Positions 41,577 to 50,077 of a DNA stretch of 63,163 bases are shown here, piece after piece. This DNA comes from a virus. Taxonomy: Duplodnaviria; Caudoviricetes. How positions within the stretch are numbered: the stretch's first letter is position 1; each line of letters starts with the position of its first letter. The translations under genes were made by a program, and so were the position numbers. The notes beneath the pieces were generated by a model. It had not been told where the DNA came from. It did no database searches and worked only from the letters and a program-made list of their open reading frames with translations. The stretch spans positions 1-63,163 of IMG/VR virus record IMGVR_UViG_3300037264_003470; one strand, written 5' to 3'.

Positions 41577-42386
41577 ATGAAAGACGTTATTAAATTAGAA
41601 ATACACGCTTCCCACGCCTGTAACTTTACATGCGAAAGTTGTAGCCATTTTTCAAATAATGGGCACAAAGGATTCCTTACTCCAGAAGACGCTGACTACC
41701 AAATGGGTTTATGGAGTAATAGATTAAATCCACAACGGTTCTGCGTGCTAGGTGGTGAACCATTACTTAATCCGCGCATTGAAGAATTTCTTCGGATTGC
41801 CAGAAAACACTGGAAGGGCGCTGTTGAACTTATAACAAATGGATTTTTACTACCCCATTTTTCAAACTTGGGATCATTGCTGCGGGAACTTGACATAAAT
41901 TTAGTTATAAGCAAACATGGGAACTCGCCCAAATTTGATGAACAATGGGACGTAGTTATGACCTGCTTAAATTCCATGAATATTCCATATTATGTAAGAG
42001 ATAGTATTAGCAATTGGACTCGCCGCTATAAAGGCTATGGCCCAAACGTACTTCCCTACGAAGATAATCGCCCTGAGGATAGCTGGAATATCTGTCCCTG
42101 TAAATACTGCCTCCAAATACTAGATGGCAAACTATACAAATGTTCTGTAATCACCTACTTACAACTTCAAAAAAGACGCTGGCCTGATATCTCCCCTAAA
42201 TGGGATCGTTACCTGGCATATAAGCCATTGGAACATACCGCTACGGATCAGGAACTTGACGAGTTTATCTCTCGAAAACACGAATCAATTTGTGAGATGT
42301 GTCCTGCGGAAGTTGATAAGTTTGAAAAACCATCACCTTTAATCACGGTTGGCGAGCTATTATCTAAATTGCGTCCAACTTCTTGA
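41577..42386 (+). CDS. radical SAM protein
   Basis: CNFTCESC, GGEPLL, ITNG, C-terminal Cys cluster. Confidence 0.9.
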   Translation: MKDVIKLEIHASHACNFTCESCSHFSNNGHKGFLTPEDADYQMGLWSNRLNPQRFCVLGGEPLLNPRIEEFLRIARKHWKGAVELITNGFLLPHFSNLGSLLRELDINLVISKHGNSPKFDEQWDVVMTCLNSMNIPYYVRDSISNWTRRYKGYGPNVLPYEDNRPEDSWNICPCKYCLQILDGKLYKCSVITYLQLQKRRWPDISPKWDRYLAYKPLEHTATDQELDEFISRKHESICEMCPAEVDKFEKPSPLITVGELLSKLRPTS

Positions 42387-43362
42387 TTTCGTTAATGGTA
42401 TTAAGTATAAAAGCATTTGCTTTTTGCAACATAACAACTTGTTGTTCAGCCGCATCTGCCAAAGCGTATATTGGAGTTAATTTCTTTATATCATAAATGA
42501 TTTTATCATCGCTTGATATAGGATCATAAATTATCTTTAAGTCTTTTTTGATTGCGGAACATCGCATATAAACTTCTACAACCGCTTGAGCAGCTTGATC
42601 CTCTGTTATTGCGGGGGTCGTTTTGAATAAATCAAATAGCGTTTTCCAGTGATGCCATGTAGGTATTTTACCATCTTTTAATTTACCAGATATGTGTAAA
42701 GGATTGGCAAGTTTAAATAACCAATTTGAAAAGACTTTTACCTTAATCTGATCCAGACTTCTCATTGGGAAATGAGCTAAATAAATTGAAATTGTAGCTG
42801 AGCAAGGGGCTACTTTAAGGTCTTCTTCATTTTTATAGTAAATTTCATGACCACCCAATAAAACAAAACTGTTTGGCTTTGAATAAATTGACCGAGGAAT
42901 AAGCGATTTGTGTTGATTAATGTCTACAGGCGCAAGTCGATGTTGAATCCTTTTCAAAACGTTTATTTCACTTTTGTCGTCACCTGGCTGCGGTAAATAA
43001 TTGTGCCATACTACAAGAGAAGCTTTGTCCGTAGGTAGCTTGTCCAAATTAGCAGAAAAATCTTTCGAAATAATGAACTCGTCTGCATCTAAAAAGATAA
43101 CGAAATCACTGTCTATCTCCCTTATTAACCTGTTGAACTCCTCGGCTTGTATATGTCTTGACGAACTATTGGTATAAATTTCTATATTATATCCTTCGTT
43201 TTTTAATTTGCTAATAATCTCAGAAGTATTGTCTTGTGGGTTGTGTTCTACTAGATATAACTTGTTTAAGTATTTGAGGTTATGTCTAATGAAGATTTCA
43301 ATAATATCTGATTCATTTTTGACTACGGAGATGCCTGTGCAATTCAATTTGCCTCCTTGCAA
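42364..43362 (-). CDS. glycosyltransferase family 2-like
   Basis: VVKNESDII..FI.H, DNT..I, FLDADEF, HFPMRS. Confidence 0.85.
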   Translation of the reverse strand: MQGGKLNCTGISVVKNESDIIEIFIRHNLKYLNKLYLVEHNPQDNTSEIISKLKNEGYNIEIYTNSSSRHIQAEEFNRLIREIDSDFVIFLDADEFIISKDFSANLDKLPTDKASLVVWHNYLPQPGDDKSEINVLKRIQHRLAPVDINQHKSLIPRSIYSKPNSFVLLGGHEIYYKNEEDLKVAPCSATISIYLAHFPMRSLDQIKVKVFSNWLFKLANPLHISGKLKDGKIPTWHHWKTLFDLFKTTPAITEDQAAQAVVEVYMRCSAIKKDLKIIYDPISSDDKIIYDIKKLTPIYALADAAEQQVVMLQKANAFILNTINEIKKLDAI

Positions 43363-43373
43363 ATTTATATATA

Positions 43374-43745
43374 ATGGCTAAAACAAATCTAGGATTTATA
43401 AGTGTAGATAATGCAATTCTTGTTTTCGGGGTGACTATGGTGTATGATTACTTCCGAGAAGTAGCCAGTTTCTTTAAGAACTCTAATTTAGTAGAAGAAC
43501 AAATAAGCGTAAGACGTGTAAAGATACGCGAAGGTTTGGATGGTTTATGTGAAAAAAAGGATGATAAATTTATTATAAAGGTTAGTTCAAATCTTAATGA
43601 GAACTACTCCATTGATGTGCTGATACACGAAGTTGCCCATGCTGTGGCCTGGGACAAGGACACAGATATTCATGGGCCAAATTGGGGACGAGCTTACAGC
43701 AAAGTTTACCGATTATTTCTTGAAAAGTTTGTGAGCGACGAGTAG
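43374..43745 (-). other. placeholder not supported on minus strand; see plus-strand CDS at same coordinates
   Basis: no credible minus-strand gene here. Confidence 0.01.
43374..43745 (+). CDS. HExxH zinc metallopeptidase (SprT-like)
   Basis: VLIHEVAHA...HGPNW. Confidence 0.7.
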   Translation: MAKTNLGFISVDNAILVFGVTMVYDYFREVASFFKNSNLVEEQISVRRVKIREGLDGLCEKKDDKFIIKVSSNLNENYSIDVLIHEVAHAVAWDKDTDIHGPNWGRAYSKVYRLFLEKFVSDE

Positions 43746-43817
43746 GATAAAATATTACCAACTTGAAGGGTAGCAATTCTTTTGCTCAAAGGTAAATAAA
43801 CATCTAAGGAGTAGAAG

Positions 43818-44447
43818 ATGGTGCCAGCGCTTTTTATAAAAGACAAGGTTGTTACTGGCTCGCATCATGGAGATGCGTTTTCCAAACTGACCGAACAAGA
43901 AAAAAACGATTGCGGACTAATAAGTGGTTTTCTTGATGACGAACACCACAAGTTTGTAACCGAGGATGAGACGATCTATCTAAAAGATATTATCATCTTG
44001 CGACACGCTCAAAGCGATCTTCGAGTAGAAGATGGCTCAATTACATCGGGCGGGCGTGCGCAAGCATTCCGTGCAGCAGAATTCTTAAGGGAACTTCATC
44101 TTGCTGGTTATGTTGGTCTTTGTAGTCCCTATCTAAGATGCAAGCAAACTTCTGCAATAATCAGGGAAATATGTTCTATCTCATTTGAGGCTGACAACCA
44201 TCTTTGTAAACAAACACCATTTGAAGATTACCACGATTTTCAAAATCGCATCACAGAAACACTTGATATTCTCCCGCCTAAATCTGTCCTAATCACACAT
44301 ACTGATTTCATCCAAAATATCCTTAGCCTTACTCATTTGATAAAAGAAAACTTGAAAATGATTTTGAATTGTAGTATAACCTACATACATCAAAATAGGC
44401 TAATATGGCTAGCTAAGGATATCAATGCTCAAGAAAATCGAAGTTGA
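43818..44447 (+). CDS. histidine phosphatase superfamily protein
   Basis: LRHAQ, G..QA, SPYLRCKQT, LITH; AAGGAG SD. Confidence 0.8.
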   Translation: MVPALFIKDKVVTGSHHGDAFSKLTEQEKNDCGLISGFLDDEHHKFVTEDETIYLKDIIILRHAQSDLRVEDGSITSGGRAQAFRAAEFLRELHLAGYVGLCSPYLRCKQTSAIIREICSISFEADNHLCKQTPFEDYHDFQNRITETLDILPPKSVLITHTDFIQNILSLTHLIKENLKMILNCSITYIHQNRLIWLAKDINAQENRS

Positions 44448-45036
44448 TCCACGCATTAAAGTTAAGAATTTAGTAGATTTAATTGAACAGCCCGTTGTTA
44501 TAAGGTTGAAAAAATTTAATGAAGAAGGAACAGATAAATTTTCAGAAGACTTAAATAAAGCTCATGAGACAGGCCAGCCTGTTATTCCTATAGTCGTAGA
44601 CTCATACGGCGGGCAAGTTTATTCTGTTCTAGGCATGATTTCGGAAATTCAAAGTTGTCATTTGCCCGTCGCCACTATTGTTGAATCAAAAGCAATGTCT
44701 GCGGGCGCAATCCTGTTTGGTTTAGGCAATAATGGCTTGCGGTATATGGCCCCACATGCTACCCTAATGATTCATGAGGTTTCAAGCTTTCAATTTGGAA
44801 AAATTGAAGATTTAAAAGCAGATGTTGATGAAACAGATCGCCTCAACAGTTATATTTTTGAGATTCTAGCCAAAAATTGCGGTAAATCAAAGAACTATTT
44901 CATGGACATAATCCATGAAAAAGGTCATGCCGACTGGTATCTCACAGCCAAGGAAGCAAAAAAACATGATTTATGTAATCATATTCGGGTGCCGCAATTT
45001 AACGTTAAGATAGAGGTTGATTACAAATTTATTTAA
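44425..45036 (+). CDS. clpP: ClpP-family serine protease
   Basis: DSYGG.V, AMSAG (Ser), MIHE (His), DWYLTAKEA (Asp). Confidence 0.85.
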   Translation: MLKKIEVDPRIKVKNLVDLIEQPVVIRLKKFNEEGTDKFSEDLNKAHETGQPVIPIVVDSYGGQVYSVLGMISEIQSCHLPVATIVESKAMSAGAILFGLGNNGLRYMAPHATLMIHEVSSFQFGKIEDLKADVDETDRLNSYIFEILAKNCGKSKNYFMDIIHEKGHADWYLTAKEAKKHDLCNHIRVPQFNVKIEVDYKFI

Positions 45037-45045
45037 GGAATTACA

Positions 45046-45276
45046 ATGGAACTTGAATTTTGCACAACCGAAGAACTTGTTGATGAAATTTCCAAACGCA
45101 CAACCTTTGCAGGTATCGTTCTCCGCTCCCACAAAGAAGCAAAAAATTGCAGCGAGGTTACGATCCATCAGAATTGGGATATTACTTATTCCAGACTGTC
45201 CGCGCAACAGGTGGCCGATCTTTTGGAAGACGCAGTAGATCATTTCCGCCAGTTGGCCGAAGCCGATAACGAATAA
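45046..45276 (+). CDS. hypothetical protein
   Basis: 76 aa, AAGGA SD. Confidence 0.65.
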   Translation: MELEFCTTEELVDEISKRTTFAGIVLRSHKEAKNCSEVTIHQNWDITYSRLSAQQVADLLEDAVDHFRQLAEADNE

Positions 45277-45277
45277 T

Positions 45278-45306
45278 TTGCTTTGCCTGTTGATCTGTGA
45301 TATGCT
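45278..45306 (+). promoter_or_regulatory. sigma70-type promoter with extended -10
   Basis: TTGCTT-N17-TATGCT with TG at -15/-14. Confidence 0.5.
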
Positions 45307-45328
45307 TGTCAAAAAGCGGAGAATAAAG

Positions 45329-45568
45329 ATGCCGAAATATTATGTAGATGCTGGGGAGTTTCGCAAAATAATTGAAGAAAAGACCCCCACTAATGCAGCT
45401 ATAGAAGCCTTTAGAGCATTAGAAAACAATCCAGTGCGGACCTTAAGCAGCATTACTGTTGTAAGTGAACTTGGCTTTGACGCCAATAGCGAAGACGATT
45501 GGTGTATGTCAACAATGGAAATTCTAGAACAGAGCGACCAGTTGGGTCGGTATAAATCAGACTTGTAA
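45329..45568 (+). CDS. hypothetical protein
   Basis: ATG 45329 after GGAG. Confidence 0.65.
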   Translation: MPKYYVDAGEFRKIIEEKTPTNAAIEAFRALENNPVRTLSSITVVSELGFDANSEDDWCMSTMEILEQSDQLGRYKSDL

Positions 45569-45578
45569 AGGAGCTTCG

Positions 45579-45899
45579 ATGCGGTGCCCTAGAATGGATG
45601 AATTGCCAGTCGTATCCGATTGGCAAATGAAAATCTATTGCCCCAATTGTAAACATTACTCCACAGGACAGTGCAATAATCCCGCCCGCAAAAACGACAC
45701 TGACCTGTGCCCAATGACGAATGTTGAACCCGTAGAATATGCAGGTGAATTCAAACACAAAGTTCACCAGAAAGTTATAATTAAACCACAAAATGTGGAA
45801 GGTGAAATAGTAAATAGACAGTTATCATCAATTGGTGTTTTGTATGAAATAAAGACTGCTGATAATAGATTTTGGATTACTGAAAACCACCTGGAGTAG
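45579..45899 (+). CDS. hypothetical Cys-containing protein
   Basis: CPNC..C..C; AAGGAG SD. Confidence 0.65.
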   Translation: MRCPRMDELPVVSDWQMKIYCPNCKHYSTGQCNNPARKNDTDLCPMTNVEPVEYAGEFKHKVHQKVIIKPQNVEGEIVNRQLSSIGVLYEIKTADNRFWITENHLE

Positions 45900-45902
45900 C
45901 TT

Positions 45903-46487
45903 ATGCCGATCTTTAGCGGGTTCGAGGGAGAAGAATTTCGATTCGATGGAATTCCAAATAAATATTTCAATCTTCTAACAGATGAGAACGTCCAGGTAAA
46001 CGCACACTTTAACTCGCATAAAAAAATAGGTGAAATCGGCATCAAAATCGGTAACTCAAAAATAAGATGGTCAGCACAGGATGGTAAAGCAGAAATCAAT
46101 GGTCAGAAACTTCATCATCGTTCTTATATCACTGTTGATAATCAAGCTTATCACTCTTTTGTCGAAATAAAATCTTTAATCGCAACAGCCATAAATGGTA
46201 ACACTCCTGTTAATAGCCTTTTTGTCAATGCAGTTAAATACTGTTTCAACATCGTTAGAAATAAAAATTGTAGCGTAGTGTTACCCTATTTTTTTAAGTT
46301 TGATGCCATTATATATAATGGAAATGTTCGACCACATGGTATAGTTGGACAAACAGCAGACTTCAATGGTGCCCCAAGAATTTCCAATGGAAACCAAGGA
46401 CAAGGCATTATTGAAGGAAATTCACTCGATTATGTGGTGAACGATATCTGGAGCAATAACTTCAGATATAATAAGTTTAAGGATTGA
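45903..46487 (+). CDS. VWD/root-cap-like domain protein
   Basis: P.F.GF.GE.F.F.G.P..YFNLLTD..VQVNAHF ... PHGIVGQT. Confidence 0.5.
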   Translation: MPIFSGFEGEEFRFDGIPNKYFNLLTDENVQVNAHFNSHKKIGEIGIKIGNSKIRWSAQDGKAEINGQKLHHRSYITVDNQAYHSFVEIKSLIATAINGNTPVNSLFVNAVKYCFNIVRNKNCSVVLPYFFKFDAIIYNGNVRPHGIVGQTADFNGAPRISNGNQGQGIIEGNSLDYVVNDIWSNNFRYNKFKD

Positions 46488-46488
46488 A

Positions 46489-46665
46489 ATGGATGTTTAT
46501 TATGTAAAACCTAAAGACTTCGCCGCTTGCTCATTTGACAATGTAGATGAAGCTTTAGAAGAAGCAAAAATGCACTTAGTTGATGGTGTTAAAGAAGTTA
46601 AGATCATTCTAAAGGAAATGACTCAAGAAGAATATGACTCTCTTCCTGAATTTGAGGGCTATTAA
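46489..46665 (+). CDS. small hypothetical protein (58 aa, below the ORF-track cutoff)
   Basis: MDVYYVKPK...LPEFEGY*, abuts both neighbours. Confidence 0.6.
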   Translation: MDVYYVKPKDFAACSFDNVDEALEEAKMHLVDGVKEVKIILKEMTQEEYDSLPEFEGY

Positions 46666-46908
46666 ATGGATATTGACACTATTCCTATTGACCGTGATAT
46701 GGCTCATGTTATTCTTGGCGCATTCAGCGTTGCAGAACACGAAGCTATGTCTAGCCTTGTTTCTACCACTGACGAAAATGGAATCCACGGCAGACCAGAA
46801 GGTAAAGCCTACGCTGAAGCAGAACTAAGAGTGCTAAGGGTTATTACCAAACTTTATCCTGATGTAGCTAAGCAATATTTTGATCTAAATAAACAGCCAA
46901 AGCTATAA
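46666..46908 (+). CDS. hypothetical protein
   Basis: 80 aa. Confidence 0.6.
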   Translation: MDIDTIPIDRDMAHVILGAFSVAEHEAMSSLVSTTDENGIHGRPEGKAYAEAELRVLRVITKLYPDVAKQYFDLNKQPKL

Positions 46909-47032
46909 ATAATGCATGGCTTTTTATTGTCCCAAGGACATTTCATTACCCCCACCGTAGGACATTGGCAAGCTCAGAAAAGTGGTAATTTTAATGTTGA
47001 CTCCAGCTATTGGGGATCGTTAATATACCTAT

Positions 47033-47236
47033 ATGCGTAAATTCTGGCAGGACGTGAAAAGAACCCTCAAACTTTACTTGACCGTTCTTGTCCCAGGCAC
47101 AGCTATCGCAGTAGTTGTTGGCCTAGCCACTGACGAAGAAATCGGGAATATAACTGCTGTAATCGCAGGTATTATTGGTGGACTATATATTGTCTACTAT
47201 GAACATAAACATGATGTTTGGAGAAGGAATAAATGA
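47033..47236 (+). CDS. small 2-TM membrane protein
   Basis: two hydrophobic stretches; TTGACT-N18-TAATAT upstream. Confidence 0.6.
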   Translation: MRKFWQDVKRTLKLYLTVLVPGTAIAVVVGLATDEEIGNITAVIAGIIGGLYIVYYEHKHDVWRRNK

Positions 47237-47487
47237 ACACAGAACCAAGAGAACCATACGTTAAAGGACAATTGATCGTCTGGTTCGTTAAAGATAAAGA
47301 GATTGATAAAAATACCATCCAAGAAATTTGTGATAATTGCGGTGTTGAAATGATAGACTTTCATAATGACCGCTGCCGCGTTAAATTCGATGAAAAAGAT
47401 GTTGATGCTGTTATGGAAAAATTATATGGCTGGCCAGAATATATCAAAAATACTAGCCGTAATTACTACGTTTATTTGCGTGGGTAA
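47233..47487 (+). CDS. hypothetical protein
   Basis: 84 aa, ATGA coupling. Confidence 0.6.
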   Translation: MNTEPREPYVKGQLIVWFVKDKEIDKNTIQEICDNCGVEMIDFHNDRCRVKFDEKDVDAVMEKLYGWPEYIKNTSRNYYVYLRG

Positions 47488-47490
47488 CAT

Positions 47491-47655
47491 ATGAATGATC
47501 TATGGGATAAATTGACTAATAATGTCATCACCAGTGTCGTTTTCATGCTCTGTGCAACCATTTTGGGTTGTGCTTTAATCTTTGGCGCTTATTCATGCAT
47601 TAACGCCGAATATCAATACAACCTCAAAAGGATTGAATTGATTAAACCAAGATGA
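47491..47655 (+). CDS. small membrane protein (54 aa)
   Basis: MNDLWDKL..VITSVVFMLCATILGCALIFG; coupled to next gene. Confidence 0.55.
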   Translation: MNDLWDKLTNNVITSVVFMLCATILGCALIFGAYSCINAEYQYNLKRIELIKPR

Positions 47656-48071
47656 CCAATAAAGAACACTACGGCGATTACAAGTGGATTAAAGTCAAGC
47701 GATATACTATGGATGAATCCAAGTCCTGGGAAGATCGCTATAAAGACTTAGATAATCACCACTTAAAGGAAACTACTTTCCTTATTAGTGAAATTAGAGC
47801 GTTGGCGGAAAGATTGGACGAAACCGAAAAAGTAGAAACTGAACGTAAAAGAAAAGAAAAACTTGGCGAATATTTTAGATCGTTCATGATTTTTTGGTTT
47901 GGCTTCGCCATGCTCCCAGCACTAACCATAGATTTTTTTATGGACAAAAAAACTCAATTTCTCTACCATGATTGGATATTCGGTGGTATGATCCTATTTG
48001 GATTGGTCATGTCCTCTTTGTTAACCTACTGTAAATACAGGAAAGACAACAATGGCGCTAACACAAATTGA
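47652..48071 (+). CDS. membrane protein
   Basis: 139 aa, two C-terminal TM segments. Confidence 0.65.
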   Translation: MTNKEHYGDYKWIKVKRYTMDESKSWEDRYKDLDNHHLKETTFLISEIRALAERLDETEKVETERKRKEKLGEYFRSFMIFWFGFAMLPALTIDFFMDKKTQFLYHDWIFGGMILFGLVMSSLLTYCKYRKDNNGANTN

Positions 48072-48372
48072 CAAAGAAGTTGTAACCTTCTTGAAGACCT
48101 TGGGTTCTGGCCCTAACAAGATTGCAGAAAATCTTACTGAATTGAAAATCAAAGGCGTGGCGGGCGATGACAGCCAATGCCCAATCGCCAAAGCCATCAG
48201 AAAACAATTCAAGAACTTGAAAGGGCTTTCCGTAACCGCAGAGGTGGAATTCACCTATAAAGGTGAAAATCATTTCGTTACCTACCCAGCAGCAGTTGGT
48301 AAGTTTATCGAAAAGTTTGACAAGGGTGATTATCCAGCACTTGCTACAAAACAAAGTTTAGCAGCAATCTAA
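48052..48372 (+). CDS. hypothetical protein
   Basis: 106 aa, CPIA...FD.G.YP. Confidence 0.7.
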   Translation: MALTQIDKEVVTFLKTLGSGPNKIAENLTELKIKGVAGDDSQCPIAKAIRKQFKNLKGLSVTAEVEFTYKGENHFVTYPAAVGKFIEKFDKGDYPALATKQSLAAI

Positions 48373-48602
48373 TGGCAAAAACAAAAATCCCTGAAGGCTT
48401 TCAGGAATGGTGGGACAACTATAAACATAAAGTCCCAAGCCCAAAAAGAAACTCTGTCAAACATTGGGCGCTCCTCGGATGGAGCGCCCATGTTGATTAT
48501 GAAGAACAACTAGATTTACAAAGCAAAGAATTTGATAAGAAAATACTAGAAGAATACCAAAAAGCAGGCTGTCCCCCTGGCTGGTGGGGCGAGTGTTCAT
48601 AG
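48372..48602 (+). CDS. hypothetical protein
   Basis: 76 aa, TAATG coupling. Confidence 0.6.
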   Translation: MAKTKIPEGFQEWWDNYKHKVPSPKRNSVKHWALLGWSAHVDYEEQLDLQSKEFDKKILEEYQKAGCPPGWWGECS

Positions 48603-48610
48603 GAGAAATC

Positions 48611-48958
48611 ATGCTCACGATCATCCATTGCGATCAATGTAACAAGTCTGGTATGTTTGACTTTGAACTTAAATTCCATATCGAAAGCCATTTGTGCGAA
48701 AAGTGCCACCACCATGAAATGGAAAACTGGACGTTCTACTTCTGTAATATAGAATGCCTAATGGCCTGGATAAAGAAAATAGAACTAGAAGAAAAAGGTC
48801 TGCATTGCCGCAATTGTAAAGATATGCACGGAAAATCCACAGGCTTCCGCTGGGGCTTTGAAGCCAATGGTATCTGTACCACCTGTAATGGCACCAAAAG
48901 AGTCAAAGCCCATCGACTGCAAGAATGGGAACATAGACTTACTTCGGCGGAAGCTTAG
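48611..48958 (+). CDS. zinc-finger protein
   Basis: multiple CxxC, CTTCNGT; AGGAG SD. Confidence 0.65.
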   Translation: MLTIIHCDQCNKSGMFDFELKFHIESHLCEKCHHHEMENWTFYFCNIECLMAWIKKIELEEKGLHCRNCKDMHGKSTGFRWGFEANGICTTCNGTKRVKAHRLQEWEHRLTSAEA

Positions 48959-49160
48959 AGTCTTTTCCGTGCTTCTTTTCATGTTTGTTACGCTTTACAA
49001 TAGCATCCTTTATTGCAGGTGGTGCAGTAGAATAACTATTAATCGCCGCATCAGGAATACTCGGTCCTTTACCTATGTCAATGCCAGCAGCAGCCCGTCT
49101 TGCTCTTTTAGCAGCCGTTGATTCTTTAAACTTTATCCAATCCGAAAATAACTGTATCAT
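48939..49160 (-). CDS. small basic protein
   Basis: N-terminus MIQLFSDWIKFKES; coupled to the MTase stop. Confidence 0.6.
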   Translation of the reverse strand: MIQLFSDWIKFKESTAAKRARRAAAGIDIGKGPSIPDAAINSYSTAPPAIKDAIVKRNKHEKKHGKDSKLPPK

Positions 49161-49885
49161 GCATTATTTATCCTTTCTTTCGCTTTTTCAAACATAGATT
49201 TATCAATTTCCATACCTATAAATCTTCTCTTTAAGTTCTTACAAGCCACACCCGTTGATCCAGACCCCATAACATTATCTAAAACCAAATCATTCTCATT
49301 CGAATATGTTTTAATTAAATACTCTAATAATGGCACAGGCTTCTGCGTCGAATGTATCCTCTTCTTCTGCGGGTCGCGGGCATACCTAAGTGTGTTCTTT
49401 GGATAAGCGTGCGTGTAAGATACATAAGTATATTCTGGCTTATCAAAACTCTTAACTTCATTTACCAATTCGCTTTTTAAATGTGGAAGCTTGTGCTTAT
49501 AAGGCTTGTCAAGCTCTACCATCTGTGGATTGTAAGTCGGCCTCTTACTATAAAATACACAAATTTCTTCAATAACCCGCAATGGCTGATGCTTTGAATT
49601 CAAAAAACCTGTTCCCTTCTCCTTCTCCCAATACCAACAATACTTGAATTCATCCAGATTACTCATGATTAAGTACGATGTAAAAGGCTGCGATGCAAAT
49701 AATAACACCGTTCCATTAGCCTTTAGTATACGCTTGTACTCAACCCACAATTTGCCTAAATCAAAACTTTTGTCCCACCGTGCAGGCGTTATACCATATG
49801 GAAGATCAGCTATAACCAAGTCTACAGATTTTTCTGAAATCTGCGGCATAAACTCAAAACAATCGCCTAAGTGTAAACCCATCAT
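49157..49885 (-). CDS. DNA amino-methyltransferase (N6-A/N4-C, beta class)
   Basis: GDC, DLVIADLPYG, HSTQKP, VLDNVMGSGSTG, FIGMEID. Confidence 0.9.
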   Translation of the reverse strand: MMGLHLGDCFEFMPQISEKSVDLVIADLPYGITPARWDKSFDLGKLWVEYKRILKANGTVLLFASQPFTSYLIMSNLDEFKYCWYWEKEKGTGFLNSKHQPLRVIEEICVFYSKRPTYNPQMVELDKPYKHKLPHLKSELVNEVKSFDKPEYTYVSYTHAYPKNTLRYARDPQKKRIHSTQKPVPLLEYLIKTYSNENDLVLDNVMGSGSTGVACKNLKRRFIGMEIDKSMFEKAKERINNA

Positions 49886-49999
49886 GAACTTAGATGAGTA
49901 ACCACAATGCAATAAACCCACCAAACATGACGTTCTTTGAAAATACAGCATTTGCAACTGCTTGATGCTAAACAACTTACGTCAAAACTTAAAAAGAAT

Positions 50000-50027
50000 T
50001 TGACAATGGACATTTGCGGAGTATTAT
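50000..50027 (+). promoter_or_regulatory. sigma70-type promoter
   Basis: TTGACA-N16-TATTAT upstream of 50078. Confidence 0.55.
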
Positions 50028-50077
50028 AAGGGTAGACGTTTTGAACACTGCCATCAACAATTTCCAGAGACTAACTC

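Noticed and set aside
43594-43776. 60-aa minus-strand ORF overlapping the HExxH peptidase
   Set aside because: Antisense shadow of the plus-strand gene with no recognisable motif; the minus-strand placeholder entry in the feature list should be ignored.
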